A model generated the notes under the pieces. The model did not search any database, was not told the DNA's origin, and was given only the letters and a program-made list of their open reading frames with translations. Both the position numbers and the translations under genes were made by a program. Of a stretch of 55,423 nt of DNA, positions 1-9,508 are shown piece after piece. This stretch comes from Deltaproteobacteria bacterium (GTDB lineage: Bacteria > Bdellovibrionota_C > UBA2361 > JANWWW01): positions 1 to 55,423 of the forward strand of contig JANWWW010000003.1 of assembly GCA_025055295.1 (NCBI GenBank), in the 5' to 3' direction. Position 1 is the first letter of the stretch, and each line of letters begins with the position of its first letter.

Positions 1-191
1 GCCTTATCAAAGAGTCAAAAAAAATTTATGTGCTCGTAAAGGGCAAGAATAAAAGCGCGATCATAAAAAAAATTTTCACTGAACACCACGATCCTATGAA
101 CGTTCCCGCGGAGATTTTGTTTCACAGCAACAATCCAGTTACCTTTTTTGTTGACGAAGAGGCCATTTCGTTGCTTAATATTAAGACCTAA
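1..191 (+). CDS. pgl: 6-phosphogluconolactonase, 3' end only (gene begins left of the window)
   Basis: Not in the ORF track. Manual translation from nt 3 gives LIKESKKIYVLVKGKNKSAIIKKIF...DPMNVPAEIL...VTFFVDEEAISLLNIKT* (TAA 189-191). This matches the Pgl/NagB-fold C-terminal pattern (LVxGxxKA...PA..L...WxxDxxA). Confidence 0.75.
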   Translation, partial: LIKESKKIYVLVKGKNKSAIIKKIFTEHHDPMNVPAEILFHSNNPVTFFVDEEAISLLNIKT

Positions 192-1210
192 TTATCAAGA
201 ACTTCCGTCCCCTGTAACTCAAGTAAGATATCTCGAAACTCAAGCGGCAAAGGTGCTTTTATTTTGTAACTAAGTCCAGTAACAGGATCCACAAACTCAA
301 TTTTGTATGCATGCAGCATCAGGCGAGTTGTTCTCGTGATTAATTGTCCCAAAGAAGTTTTATTTAATTCAGGAGGCATAGTTATGTTTGTTGCATACAA
401 TTTGTCGTTCACGATTGGACAATTGACATACAAGCAACTGGCACGTAGCTGGTGAGTGCGACCTGTTATGGGCCTAAGAATCATTATGGCAAGGTTGGCA
501 AAAATAAGAAGTCGTTCAAATTCCGTAATCGCCAAACGTGATGAACTAACCTCTTTGTCATGACATCTGAAACGTAGCCTGTTGGCTGGATCCCTTTTTA
601 TCCAACAAGTTATGGTTCCTCGTTCACAACGCCAAAAAAGGCTGTTTTTCGGGGCATGTGTTAGAGCCAAGTATGTCTTTTTTACGAGTCTTTTTTGAAA
701 AAGTTTGCTCAACGCCTGCTGGTAAAGTTTGTCTTTGGCACATAAAAGAACACCTGAGGTATCCTTATCCAACCTGTGAACCAAGCCGCCTTTGTCCATA
801 TCGTAATACTGATCACCAAGTTTTTTTTTCAAAAAATCAAGCACTGTTACTGTTCTCTTGCCCGCTCCGGGATGGACAGAGATTCCGGCAGGTTTGTTTA
901 CGGCAAAAAATCTTTCTTCTTCAAGCAACACATCAAGGTGTAAATCGCAAAATTCGTCCTGGTTGGTCGCCTTCGGCTCCAAAATAACTTCGACAAGTTC
1001 GCAGGGTTTAACCAAATGACCCGGTTTTTTGACTATATGGTCTCCTACTTTAACAAAACCATTCTTAATTAAATTAATAACTTGGGATCGACTTAGGTAC
1101 GGCATAAAACTCTTTACAACCTTATCCAGACGCTCGATTGTTTGAGGGTAAAAAGTTATTATTTTGAACTTATTTTCTTGCAAGTATCTTTTTCGCTTCT
1201 GCCGCTTCAA
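188..1210 (-). CDS. rluD: RluA/RluD-family 23S rRNA pseudouridine synthase (true start possibly TTG 1183)
   Basis: N-terminal S4 domain (RLDK..SRSQV..LIK.G.V), VNKPAG, catalytic VHRLDKDTSG, TGRTHQLR, LMLHA. Confidence 0.92.
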   Translation of the reverse strand: MKRQKRKRYLQENKFKIITFYPQTIERLDKVVKSFMPYLSRSQVINLIKNGFVKVGDHIVKKPGHLVKPCELVEVILEPKATNQDEFCDLHLDVLLEEERFFAVNKPAGISVHPGAGKRTVTVLDFLKKKLGDQYYDMDKGGLVHRLDKDTSGVLLCAKDKLYQQALSKLFQKRLVKKTYLALTHAPKNSLFWRCERGTITCWIKRDPANRLRFRCHDKEVSSSRLAITEFERLLIFANLAIMILRPITGRTHQLRASCLYVNCPIVNDKLYATNITMPPELNKTSLGQLITRTTRLMLHAYKIEFVDPVTGLSYKIKAPLPLEFRDILLELQGTEVLDN

Positions 1211-1865
1211 CAGACTTTGGGAAGTCGTTAATTAGCTTCATCAATGTTACGTTACGTGCTTTTACGTCACCCAGGGCTTCAAATATCCCAGCCTGCCTAA
1301 ACATTACGAAGGGGGCTCGTTCGCTTATTCGGTATGCACTGATAAAGTTATCACTTTTTCTCAAAGCGGTGTTGAAATCCTTAAGCTCAACATAGGCAAT
1401 GAATTCCCAAAAATCGATAATCTGATAAAGCGAATTGGTAAGTTGCCTGTTTTTCAGTTTTTCCACGAGTTGAATGGTTTCGGTGAAATTGCCCCGGGTT
1501 ATGGAATTAAGAAGTTTGTAAAGGTCCGCTCTAACTGACAACCCTTGTTGGCTGGCTACAACCTGATCCTGCTTTAAAAAAGCCTGCGGTATGGAACTCG
1601 GAGGCGGGCTTGTGTCCAACGAAACATCAAGTTCTTTGAGTGATTCAAGGTCTTGTTTCACCTTAGCGCTCAGCTCCTCCAAAGCCTGCTGAAGCTTCGA
1701 TGTCCGTTTTGACAAAAAATCGATATTTTCCTCAAAAAGCTTGAGATCCTGTTCAAGACTCTGGATTTTTTGTTCAAGCTCAGATTGTTTCTCGTAAACC
1801 GCGCAGCCAGCCAAAAAGAAAGCCAATAAACACGAAAGAACTTTTGATTGTTGAAACACTCTCAT
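1170..1865 (-). CDS. CpoB/YbgF-like lipoprotein (coiled coil + TPR)
   Basis: Lipobox FLAG-C, N-terminal coiled coil, C-terminal TPR-like segment ending LINDFPKSVEAAEAKKIL as in YbgF/CpoB. Confidence 0.7.
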   Translation of the reverse strand: MRVFQQSKVLSCLLAFFLAGCAVYEKQSELEQKIQSLEQDLKLFEENIDFLSKRTSKLQQALEELSAKVKQDLESLKELDVSLDTSPPPSSIPQAFLKQDQVVASQQGLSVRADLYKLLNSITRGNFTETIQLVEKLKNRQLTNSLYQIIDFWEFIAYVELKDFNTALRKSDNFISAYRISERAPFVMFRQAGIFEALGDVKARNVTLMKLINDFPKSVEAAEAKKILARK

Positions 1866-1880
1866 ATGTTCTTATACCCT
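1851..1880 (+). promoter_or_regulatory. sigma70-type promoter, leaderless geometry, for rbfA
   Basis: TTGAAA (1851-56), 18 nt, TACCCT (1875-80), 6 nt, GTG 1887. Confidence 0.5.
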
Positions 1881-1886
1881 ACTTGA

Positions 1887-2255
1887 GTGGCCTATAAAAT
1901 AACAAAACTCGAAACTCAGATAAGAAGAATTGTAGCAAACTTTATTTTGAAGAAGATAGATATCCTTTCTCAAAACATTTCAATAACCCGGGTGGCGATT
2001 AGTCCTGATAAATCTCAGATCCAGATATTTTGGACAACAGCAGACAGTCGTAGGACAATCATAAAAAAATTGTCGGAGGCACTCAGAAAACATGAGCATG
2101 CAATCAGAAGAAAAATTTTTACCGAAGTCAAATCAATAGCGCCCAAGTCTGTGACTTTTAAGTTCGACGATACTCCACATGTACTCTCGGAAATTGCCCG
2201 AGCGGAAAAAATTCTGGAAAAACTTAGCCGTGATGAAAAAAACTCAATTAGTTAA
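1887..2255 (+). CDS. rbfA: ribosome-binding factor A (divergent)
   Basis: 122 aa; SITRVAISPD...IFWT and APKSVTFKFDDT resemble RbfA (TITxVxvSPD...PELxFxYDxS); followed by a DHH gene, a common neighbour. Confidence 0.75.
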   Translation: MAYKITKLETQIRRIVANFILKKIDILSQNISITRVAISPDKSQIQIFWTTADSRRTIIKKLSEALRKHEHAIRRKIFTEVKSIAPKSVTFKFDDTPHVLSEIARAEKILEKLSRDEKNSIS

Positions 2256-3201
2256 ACTTCACTCGCTGTTAATAGAAGTAAAAAGCTTTGCTCTCGTTGG
2301 ACATGTTTCTCCCGACCCTGACTGCATAGGATCCTGTTTGGCGTTCAAAAAATTTTTGGAATTTTACGGGAAAAAAAGAACCTTTTTTGTGTCAGCTACA
2401 GGATCAAAGTCAAAATGGTTCGAGAAAATTGCCCCGCGCCTGAGGCCCCTCCCTGCAATACCGACTAAGTGCGAAACAGTTATTATCCTTGATTGCGCGG
2501 ATCTTTCGAGGGTCGATGCCAAAGATTTCAAAGTCAGTCAAAAGACCGTTGTTAATGTTGACCACCATATTTCAAATACCGGGTATGGCGACATTTCAAT
2601 CGTTGACGCTCGGAGAAGCTCGACTTGTGAGATCCTTTTCGATATTTTTTGCGCGCTGAGACCGGAGAAAGACTGGTTGAAAAATATCAGCAAATATCTG
2701 GCTCTCGGCATAATTTTTGACACAAATAATTTCAGGAATCAGGGTGTTTCTGAACGAGTTTTCAACATTATGGCCAAGTTAAGCAAACACATACATATAC
2801 AAAGGCTCATAAAGGTTCTAACTGAGATCAAATTTTACTCATTGCAGGAGTTTTGTCGTGGATTTCTACGAGGAAAAACGATAATGGACGGGAAAGGATT
2901 CATTCAGTTTGTGAATTCTGACACTGAGTCTGACTGGTATAGTGATTTCTTAGGTTTGGTAAAAGAGATTGATATAACTTGCGTTGCCAAACGTCGTTCA
3001 AATTTCTGGCAATGTAGTCTCAGAAGCAAAAAGCATGACGTTAACAAGCTAGCCAGACAATTTGGAGGAGGTGGACACAAACGCGCCTCGGCGTTTAAAT
3101 TTGTCGGAAGCCGAACGAAGTTGATTCAAGCCTTGGAAAGCGGGCTCAAGAAAGCTATCAACAAATCGTTGGAAAAAAAAAGCCTTATTCCGAAATCTTA
3201 A
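2233..3201 (+). CDS. nrnA: DHH/DHHA1 phosphoesterase (nanoRNase/pAp phosphatase)
   Basis: GHVSPDPDCIGS, ILDC, VDHH, DTNNF, SLRS, GGGGHKRAS. Start moved to ATG 2233, which overlaps the rbfA end. Confidence 0.88.
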   Translation: MKKTQLVKLHSLLIEVKSFALVGHVSPDPDCIGSCLAFKKFLEFYGKKRTFFVSATGSKSKWFEKIAPRLRPLPAIPTKCETVIILDCADLSRVDAKDFKVSQKTVVNVDHHISNTGYGDISIVDARRSSTCEILFDIFCALRPEKDWLKNISKYLALGIIFDTNNFRNQGVSERVFNIMAKLSKHIHIQRLIKVLTEIKFYSLQEFCRGFLRGKTIMDGKGFIQFVNSDTESDWYSDFLGLVKEIDITCVAKRRSNFWQCSLRSKKHDVNKLARQFGGGGHKRASAFKFVGSRTKLIQALESGLKKAINKSLEKKSLIPKS

Positions 3202-3204
3202 AGT

Positions 3205-3864
3205 ATGATAAATCAATTCGTAATAATTGATGACGACAGAAGTTTCTCTTTTATTTTAGAGACTTTAATTAAAAAACTTGTTGGCTCTCCAAAAATTGTA
3301 AGCCTGTATTCAGTTAATGAGTCTAAAGACTTCTTTGAGAAATTAGACGATAAAACGACCGCAGGAAAAACTGTGGTTTTTTTAGACGAGAATCTTGGTG
3401 ACGGGCTTGGATCGGAATTAATTGAGTCCGGATTGTTAAACAATTTTTATGTCATTTCAATGAGCTCAGATGATAGTCCGGCTATAGCTTTCAGAACATT
3501 AAGCAATGGCGCGGTGTATTTCATCCCTAAACGGGAGGTTTCGCAAACGTCTTTCAAACTTTTCTTACTAGGACTTTTAACGTCACTTGAAGTAAGACAA
3601 AGGCAAAAAGAGTTCGAAATATTCTACAACAACCTTGTCCTTGCGCGGAAAATTTTGAACAACTTGCAGCATGAAATCAACAATCCTCTAGCGGCTGTTC
3701 TGGGGAGCTTGAACCTGGCTTTTCAAGCTAGCTTAACAAGCGAAGAGAAGGATCGAATTTGTACTATTCTTAAATCTTCCCTTGAAAAATTAAAAAAGTA
3801 CTTGCATGAATTGAGACAAATCATAGACGCTGGACAGTTCGATAAAATCGTAAACGTCAGTTAA
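3205..3864 (+). CDS. receiver domain fused to a HisKA (DHp) helix pair, no ATPase domain
   Basis: IIDDD acidic pocket, phosphoacceptor VFLDENL, FIPK lysine; H-box LQHEINNPLAAV; protein ends about 60 aa after the His. Confidence 0.8.
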   Translation: MINQFVIIDDDRSFSFILETLIKKLVGSPKIVSLYSVNESKDFFEKLDDKTTAGKTVVFLDENLGDGLGSELIESGLLNNFYVISMSSDDSPAIAFRTLSNGAVYFIPKREVSQTSFKLFLLGLLTSLEVRQRQKEFEIFYNNLVLARKILNNLQHEINNPLAAVLGSLNLAFQASLTSEEKDRICTILKSSLEKLKKYLHELRQIIDAGQFDKIVNVS

Positions 3865-4424
3865 ACGGGAGCGAGTTTAAACGTAACCCCTTTTGTAGTT
3901 TTAACGAGGGATATTTTTATTTTTCTGTTCGCATTTTGCCTTTTTACTTTCTCGTAGAGGGATTTGATCCTCTTGATAAAATCCTCTTTTCGGACATTCG
4001 AGCCTCCAAGTTCAAGGTATTGTAAATAAAGGTTCTCAAAAGTTTGTTCAAGCTTGAAAAGTTTCTCTGTTTTTTTTCTTTCAAACTCCTCAAGACTCGA
4101 CTTATAACGACTTCTAATAGCCTGCCTGAAGTAGGTTCCAGCTTCAATTTCTTTTAACACGCGGCACCAGTAATCCTTCATTTGGTTGAAAGTGCAGGCG
4201 ATGGAACGAAGTTTGAACATCTCCTGTTTCGACAATGTGGCATCATTCATGCACTTAAGAATTGCTTTTTCGAATTTCTTCACTTCAGACTCTGGTGGAG
4301 GAAAGGGAATCTGATTGGCAAAAAAAAGCTCAAAATCCTTTCGCAGTCGTTCGAGCCAGTTCGCCAGAGCTACACTTTGAGAATTCGCAAAACCCGAATT
4401 TATTTTTTTTGGTGCAACAGGCAT
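3861..4424 (-). CDS. MXAN_5187 C-terminal-domain-like protein
   Basis: LERLRKDFELFF...P...FKL...F...YWCRVLKEIEAGTY and LYLQY...KIKISLVK..KGVTFK resemble the myxobacterial family (recognised from memory, not searched). Confidence 0.6.
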   Translation of the reverse strand: MPVAPKKINSGFANSQSVALANWLERLRKDFELFFANQIPFPPPESEVKKFEKAILKCMNDATLSKQEMFKLRSIACTFNQMKDYWCRVLKEIEAGTYFRQAIRSRYKSSLEEFERKKTEKLFKLEQTFENLYLQYLELGGSNVRKEDFIKRIKSLYEKVKRQNANRKIKISLVKTTKGVTFKLAPV

Positions 4425-4492
4425 TTAAAAATATTTCGGAATCTTTTGCGAAAACTTTAGGAGGTCATCTAAAAAGTTTTACAATATGCAAA

Positions 4493-5908
4493 GTGGTTGA
4501 AAGAAGCGCAATAGTTCTAGCTGCAGGCAAAGGCACTAGAATGAATATCGATTACCCAAAGGTTTTAACGTTGTCAGAGGAGGGACCTTTGTTAGGCATT
4601 CTACTTAGAGAGCTCCTCAGCATGGATTTAAAAGAGATTGTCTTAGTCACCGGATTCGAGAAAGATAAGGTTGAGGAGTATGTTACAAACGCGTTTGGAG
4701 ATGATCGCATTGTTTTCGCTCATCAAGAGGAACAACTTGGAACTGGCCACGCCTTGGCAGTGGGGTTCACCAAATTAAGCCCGTGCGAAAGATTATTTGT
4801 TCTGTTAGGAGATGTGCCTCTTGTGACAGCCAAGTCATTATGCTCTCTTGACGATTATGTTGTGGCGCACAACCTTTCCTGTTGTTTTTTTTCAATGCTT
4901 GTCTATCAAAAAAACGAATATGGAAGGGTTATAAGGGATCCGTACTCAGGACGGGTATTGTCGATCGAGGAATATCGCCACACAACTTCCGCTCAAAAAC
5001 TGATACGCGAGGTTAGCACAGGGGTTTTTTGTTTCCTTTATCCAGACTTGAAGCAGGTTTTGTCTGACACGTTTGACTATTTGCTGACAACATGCAAAGG
5101 AAAAGGGATAGAATTTTATCTGCCCCTTCTTCTGGAAGTTTTTGCGGCCAAAGGGATGCTGTATGACGCTCTTCTTTCTGAAGATGTTGACGAATTCATA
5201 GGCGTCAACAGGCCAGATGAATTGGAAGAATTAAACAAGGCGCTACTTCGAAGAAGAATACTTAAATTTAAACAAAATGGTGTTTTATTCAGCGACCCCT
5301 CGAATATATACATTGCTCCCGAAGTTCATCTTGAGGCTGGTGTGGTTATTGACTCACATGTCAAAATTGCTGGGAAAACAATTGTGCGCGCAGGTACACA
5401 AATAGGTAGCTATTCGATAATCAAAAACTCTGAAATTGATGAAAATTGCGAAATCATGCCCTTTACCTATATCGAAAACGCAAAAATAGGGCAAAATTGC
5501 AGGATCGGTCCGTTTGCAAGACTCCGCGAAGGCACGGTACTGCAAGACTTTGTGGCAATTGGTAATTTTGTTGAAACTAAAAACGCTCGTCTAGAAAATA
5601 ATGTTAAAGCCAATCACCATTCTTATCTTGGAGACTGCTGGATTGGCACAGGAACAAATGTCGGCGCGGGAACTATTACCTGTAATTTTGACGGATTCAA
5701 AAAAAATTTCACCCAAATTGGTCAAAACTGTTTAATTGGTGCCAATGTTAATCTGATTGCGCCTGTTAATTTAGGCTCCAACGTTGTAGTAGGAGCTGGA
5801 TCATCTATTACCAAAGATGTTCCTGATAATTCTTTGGTGGTTGAAAGAGGAGAAACCAAAACCATAAAAGAGGGATACGAGCGCTACGTTGCTCGAAGAT
5901 CCAAATGA
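4493..5908 (+). CDS. glmU: bifunctional UDP-GlcNAc pyrophosphorylase/glucosamine-1-P acetyltransferase
   Basis: IVLAAGKGTRM, EQLGTGHAL, GDVPL, YGRVIR, hexapeptide repeats, GNFVETK, SYLGD, NVGAGTITCNFDG. Start moved to GTG 4493. Confidence 0.95.
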   Translation: MVERSAIVLAAGKGTRMNIDYPKVLTLSEEGPLLGILLRELLSMDLKEIVLVTGFEKDKVEEYVTNAFGDDRIVFAHQEEQLGTGHALAVGFTKLSPCERLFVLLGDVPLVTAKSLCSLDDYVVAHNLSCCFFSMLVYQKNEYGRVIRDPYSGRVLSIEEYRHTTSAQKLIREVSTGVFCFLYPDLKQVLSDTFDYLLTTCKGKGIEFYLPLLLEVFAAKGMLYDALLSEDVDEFIGVNRPDELEELNKALLRRRILKFKQNGVLFSDPSNIYIAPEVHLEAGVVIDSHVKIAGKTIVRAGTQIGSYSIIKNSEIDENCEIMPFTYIENAKIGQNCRIGPFARLREGTVLQDFVAIGNFVETKNARLENNVKANHHSYLGDCWIGTGTNVGAGTITCNFDGFKKNFTQIGQNCLIGANVNLIAPVNLGSNVVVGAGSSITKDVPDNSLVVERGETKTIKEGYERYVARRSK

Positions 5909-6420
5909 GATATTTTTTGTTTATTTCCGCCGTTATCTTTAGTGAAATGGTTGGTGTTGTAGATCTTGATTTCGAATGGCCTCTTGCGACCAAAACGTTA
6001 AAATACCTTGACGAGGCATCGAAAAAATGCAAGATGAGGTTATTAGTAGTTCCAAAAAAGGGAAATTCAGACGACCTCGTTTTTCAAAGATGGCTTCAAG
6101 CATTTAAATCTAAGGTACCGGCTTTAATCCTAGCTATTGATGCTGAAAGAAAACATTTTGAAGGAGTTGTTGGTCCTATTTACATTTCAGGAGACTTTGG
6201 GGCTCAAAGCGCATCCCAAGATTCAAACGCTCGTATGTCGTCTTGCATATCCTTAAATGACCTTCCTCAGTTTTGTCAGAAACTCCCACCTGAAATAACT
6301 GCAAGTCACTGTGATGACAAAATAATAAAGGGAACATACGACAGGACTTTCAAAATTTTGTATTTTCTTGTAATGTTAATTATACTGGCGTTAACAGTGT
6401 TCATTTCATTTTTCTGGTGA
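5905..6420 (+). CDS. exported, C-terminally anchored protein; possible degenerate SCO/SenC
   Basis: ATGA overlap with glmU; short signal peptide, C-terminal TM helix; directly upstream of coxB; no CxxxC motif. Confidence 0.45.
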   Translation: MRYFLFISAVIFSEMVGVVDLDFEWPLATKTLKYLDEASKKCKMRLLVVPKKGNSDDLVFQRWLQAFKSKVPALILAIDAERKHFEGVVGPIYISGDFGAQSASQDSNARMSSCISLNDLPQFCQKLPPEITASHCDDKIIKGTYDRTFKILYFLVMLIILALTVFISFFW

Positions 6421-6426
6421 GGTTTT

Positions 6427-7722
6427 ATGGACTATATAGTTCCAGATAAGGTATCAACTGTTGCTGATTTTTTCGATGATTTAAACCTTGCGATTTTTTT
6501 AGCGTCAGCATTTTTTACAGTCGCAATTGTTGGAGCAATGCTATACTTTGCGTTCAGATATCGAGCAAAATCAAGCAACGATATTACTCCAAGGATCGAA
6601 GGTAACCATCTTCTTGAAATAGTGTGGACTGTTGTTCCCACAGTTGTGGTAGTGGTAATTGCTTGGGTGGGTATAGTATTGCGTGAAAAGATGTTTGAAG
6701 TCAGTCCTAACGTTATTCCGATTTACGTAACTGCTTGGAAATGGGCTTGGGAGTTTAGGTATCCGACGGGGAAGAGAACGTCTGGTCAAAATGCGGAGTT
6801 AGTCGTTCCTGTGAACAAACCTGTTAAGTTGGTGATAGCATCAAAAGACGTTATCCATAGCCTCTTTATTCCCGCTGTTCGTATCAAGCAGGATGCAGTC
6901 CCTGGTCAATTAAAGTATATGACATTTACAGCGCTAAAAACTGGGGAATATCCGATTTTCTGCGCGGAATATTGCGGGACACGCCACAGTTACATGATGG
7001 CCAAACTACGGGTTGTTTCGGAAGAAGAGTTTAACACTTGGGTAAACACGATTCCGGAAAAAACCATGCCAAAAAGGATTCTGGGCAAGAAATTGTATAC
7101 TGACTTAGGTTGCAATGCATGCCATTCTGTTGAATCAGGTGTAAACTTAGTAGGTCCCAGCTTTTACGATGTTTTTGGAGCGCAACGAAATTTTAAAGAT
7201 GGCACATCTTTGACCGCTGATGAAAATTACATATTAGAAAGTATTTTATACCCTAATAAAAGAGTGGTTCAGGGATTTAACGAAAACGTTATGCCATCCT
7301 ACGAAGGTCGACTGAGTCAAGAGGAACTGATGGCTCTTGTAAGTTTCATTGTAGAGTTGAAGACAGCCCCAAAGGAAGAGCTTGTTGAAGTTGTTTTCGA
7401 AAAGGACGAGAAGATCGATTTGGAAAAGATGACTCCTTTGGAAAGAGGAAAATACCTTTACTCAGCGAAGGGCTGTAATGCGTGCCACTCTGTAGACGGT
7501 TCTCAACTGGTTGGGCCGTCATTCAAAGGACTCCACGGAGCTCGACGGGAATTTGCTGATGGAAGCTCTGTAGTTGCTGATGATAGTTACATAAAGGACT
7601 CCATACTGAATCCCAACGCTCGAATAGTCAAAGGTTTTGTAGCCGCCATGCCATCCTATCAAGGTCAGCTTAATGAAGATGATTTGGCAGGGATTGTAGA
7701 GTTTATAAAGAGTCTAAAATGA
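6427..7722 (+). CDS. coxB: cytochrome c oxidase subunit II with two fused c-type heme domains
   Basis: LEIVWT, DVIHS, CuA motif CAEYCGTRHSYM, two CNACH motifs each followed by a distal MPSY. Confidence 0.95.
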   Translation: MDYIVPDKVSTVADFFDDLNLAIFLASAFFTVAIVGAMLYFAFRYRAKSSNDITPRIEGNHLLEIVWTVVPTVVVVVIAWVGIVLREKMFEVSPNVIPIYVTAWKWAWEFRYPTGKRTSGQNAELVVPVNKPVKLVIASKDVIHSLFIPAVRIKQDAVPGQLKYMTFTALKTGEYPIFCAEYCGTRHSYMMAKLRVVSEEEFNTWVNTIPEKTMPKRILGKKLYTDLGCNACHSVESGVNLVGPSFYDVFGAQRNFKDGTSLTADENYILESILYPNKRVVQGFNENVMPSYEGRLSQEELMALVSFIVELKTAPKEELVEVVFEKDEKIDLEKMTPLERGKYLYSAKGCNACHSVDGSQLVGPSFKGLHGARREFADGSSVVADDSYIKDSILNPNARIVKGFVAAMPSYQGQLNEDDLAGIVEFIKSLK

Positions 7723-7786
7723 GCAATTTTCGGTTGTTAATTATGTCGGGGGTGTTTTATGATTTTTATTGATTAAAATCACGGCA

Positions 7787-9505
7787 ATGGGTATTCACAG
7801 TTACGCTGTTGACGAAATAGGTCACTTAAAGGAAAACAATTATTTGAATTGCGATAAGTCTTTAAGGAGTTGGCTGTTTACGCTGGATCACAAAAGAATT
7901 GCCCTGCTTTATCTGGCAAGCTTGCTGGTTTTCTTTTTCTTGGGAGGATTATCCGCAATATTTATGCGACTTCATCTTTATAACGTTGAAAAACCGCTTT
8001 TGTCTCCTGACGCCTACAATGTAGCCTTCACTTTTCACGGCGTTTTAATGATTTTTTTATTTATTGTACCGGGCATTCCAGCAGTTCTTGGCAACTTTTT
8101 GTTACCGCTTATGATAGGCGCCAAAGATGTTGCTTTTCCACGTCTTAATCTGCTTAGTTTGTGGATTTACTGGCTTGGAGCCCTGGTTGGAATAATTGGA
8201 ATAATCAACCCTGTCTGGATTCTAAAGTATCTTCAAGGGTCCGCGATCAGTCAGTGGATACCTCTTGACACGGGTTGGACGTTTTACGCGCCTTATTCGA
8301 CCTCAACAGGAGCTGGCGAAGGATGGGGTACGATTATGATGACACTTGCTGCTTTTATTTTGGGTTTCTCGTCTATTCTGACTGGATTAAATTTCATGGT
8401 TACAATTCACAGGCTAAGAGCTCCTGGACTAACTTGGTTTAAATTGCCCGTATTTGTCTGGGGGATTTACGCCACGAGCGCCATACAAGTATTGGCCACT
8501 CCAGTTGTAGGAATAACACTGCTTCTTTTAATAGTTGAAAAAGTTTTTGGAATAGGGATTTTTGATCCGGCTAAAGGGGGGGACCCGATCTTATACCAAC
8601 ATTTTTTCTGGTTTTACAGTCATCCAGTTGTTTACATAATGGTGCTTCCAGCATTTGGAATAATAGGTGAAATCATTCCGGTCTTCTCGAGAAAACCTAT
8701 TTTTGGTTATACCGCGGTGGTATTCTCTTCTGTTGGAATAGCGGTTGTTTCTTTTATCGTTTGGGCTCATCACATGTATACGTCCGGAATGAGTCCGTTT
8801 TCTCAGGCTGTTTTTTCAGCGACGACATTTGCCGTGGCTGTACCTACTGCTATTAAAGTATTTAACTGGGTCAGCACAATGTACAAAGGGTCAATAAGAT
8901 TCGACCCGGCGATGCTTTATGCCATGGCTTTTGTATTTTTGTTTATGATTGCCGGAACATCAGGAATTTTTTTGGCAGTCCTTGGTCTTGACATTTTTTA
9001 TCATGACACTTATTTTGTGGTCGCTCATTTTCATTACACAATTCAGGGCGGAGCAGTCATAGGGTTAATTGCGGGTCTTCATTTTTGGTTTCCTAAAATC
9101 ACGGGGAGAATGTATAACCCTGGTGTAGCGAAACTGGCTTTTTGGTTAATCTTTCTAGGATTCAATGTTACCTTTATCCCACAGTTTATTTTAGGGGTAC
9201 AGGGCATGCCTAGAAGGTATGCTTTTTATCTTCCCGAGTTTGAACCTATGCACCGGTTGTCAACTTTTGGAACATTTTTCAACGCTTTCGGTTATACTCT
9301 TGCAATTTTAAACCTGGCTTGGTCTTGGGCTTTCTCGAAAGTCAAAGCCGGGGCCAATCCCTACGACGCCCTTGGCTTAGAATGGCAAGCCCCAAGCCCT
9401 CCTCCTCACGATAATTTTGTCGTTCCACCTAACGTCGAAATTGGACGATACGATTATGGCGTCCCTGTGAACTTGGTAGCTCAAAAGGAAGTAGTCAGGA
9501 GTTAA
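7787..9505 (+). CDS. coxA: cytochrome c oxidase subunit I, type A2
   Basis: TLDHKRI, FHGVLM, GWTFYAP, FWFYSHPVVY (YS = A2 signature), WAHHM, VAHFHY, GMPRRY. ATG 7787 preferred over TTG 7769. Confidence 0.97.
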   Translation: MGIHSYAVDEIGHLKENNYLNCDKSLRSWLFTLDHKRIALLYLASLLVFFFLGGLSAIFMRLHLYNVEKPLLSPDAYNVAFTFHGVLMIFLFIVPGIPAVLGNFLLPLMIGAKDVAFPRLNLLSLWIYWLGALVGIIGIINPVWILKYLQGSAISQWIPLDTGWTFYAPYSTSTGAGEGWGTIMMTLAAFILGFSSILTGLNFMVTIHRLRAPGLTWFKLPVFVWGIYATSAIQVLATPVVGITLLLLIVEKVFGIGIFDPAKGGDPILYQHFFWFYSHPVVYIMVLPAFGIIGEIIPVFSRKPIFGYTAVVFSSVGIAVVSFIVWAHHMYTSGMSPFSQAVFSATTFAVAVPTAIKVFNWVSTMYKGSIRFDPAMLYAMAFVFLFMIAGTSGIFLAVLGLDIFYHDTYFVVAHFHYTIQGGAVIGLIAGLHFWFPKITGRMYNPGVAKLAFWLIFLGFNVTFIPQFILGVQGMPRRYAFYLPEFEPMHRLSTFGTFFNAFGYTLAILNLAWSWAFSKVKAGANPYDALGLEWQAPSPPPHDNFVVPPNVEIGRYDYGVPVNLVAQKEVVRS

Positions 9506-9508
9506 CAC

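Noticed and set aside
4262-4492. 77-aa N-terminal extension of GlmU in the ORF track
   Set aside because: It overlaps the divergent gene. GlmU homology begins at VVERSAIVLAAG, and a -10 box precedes GTG 4493.
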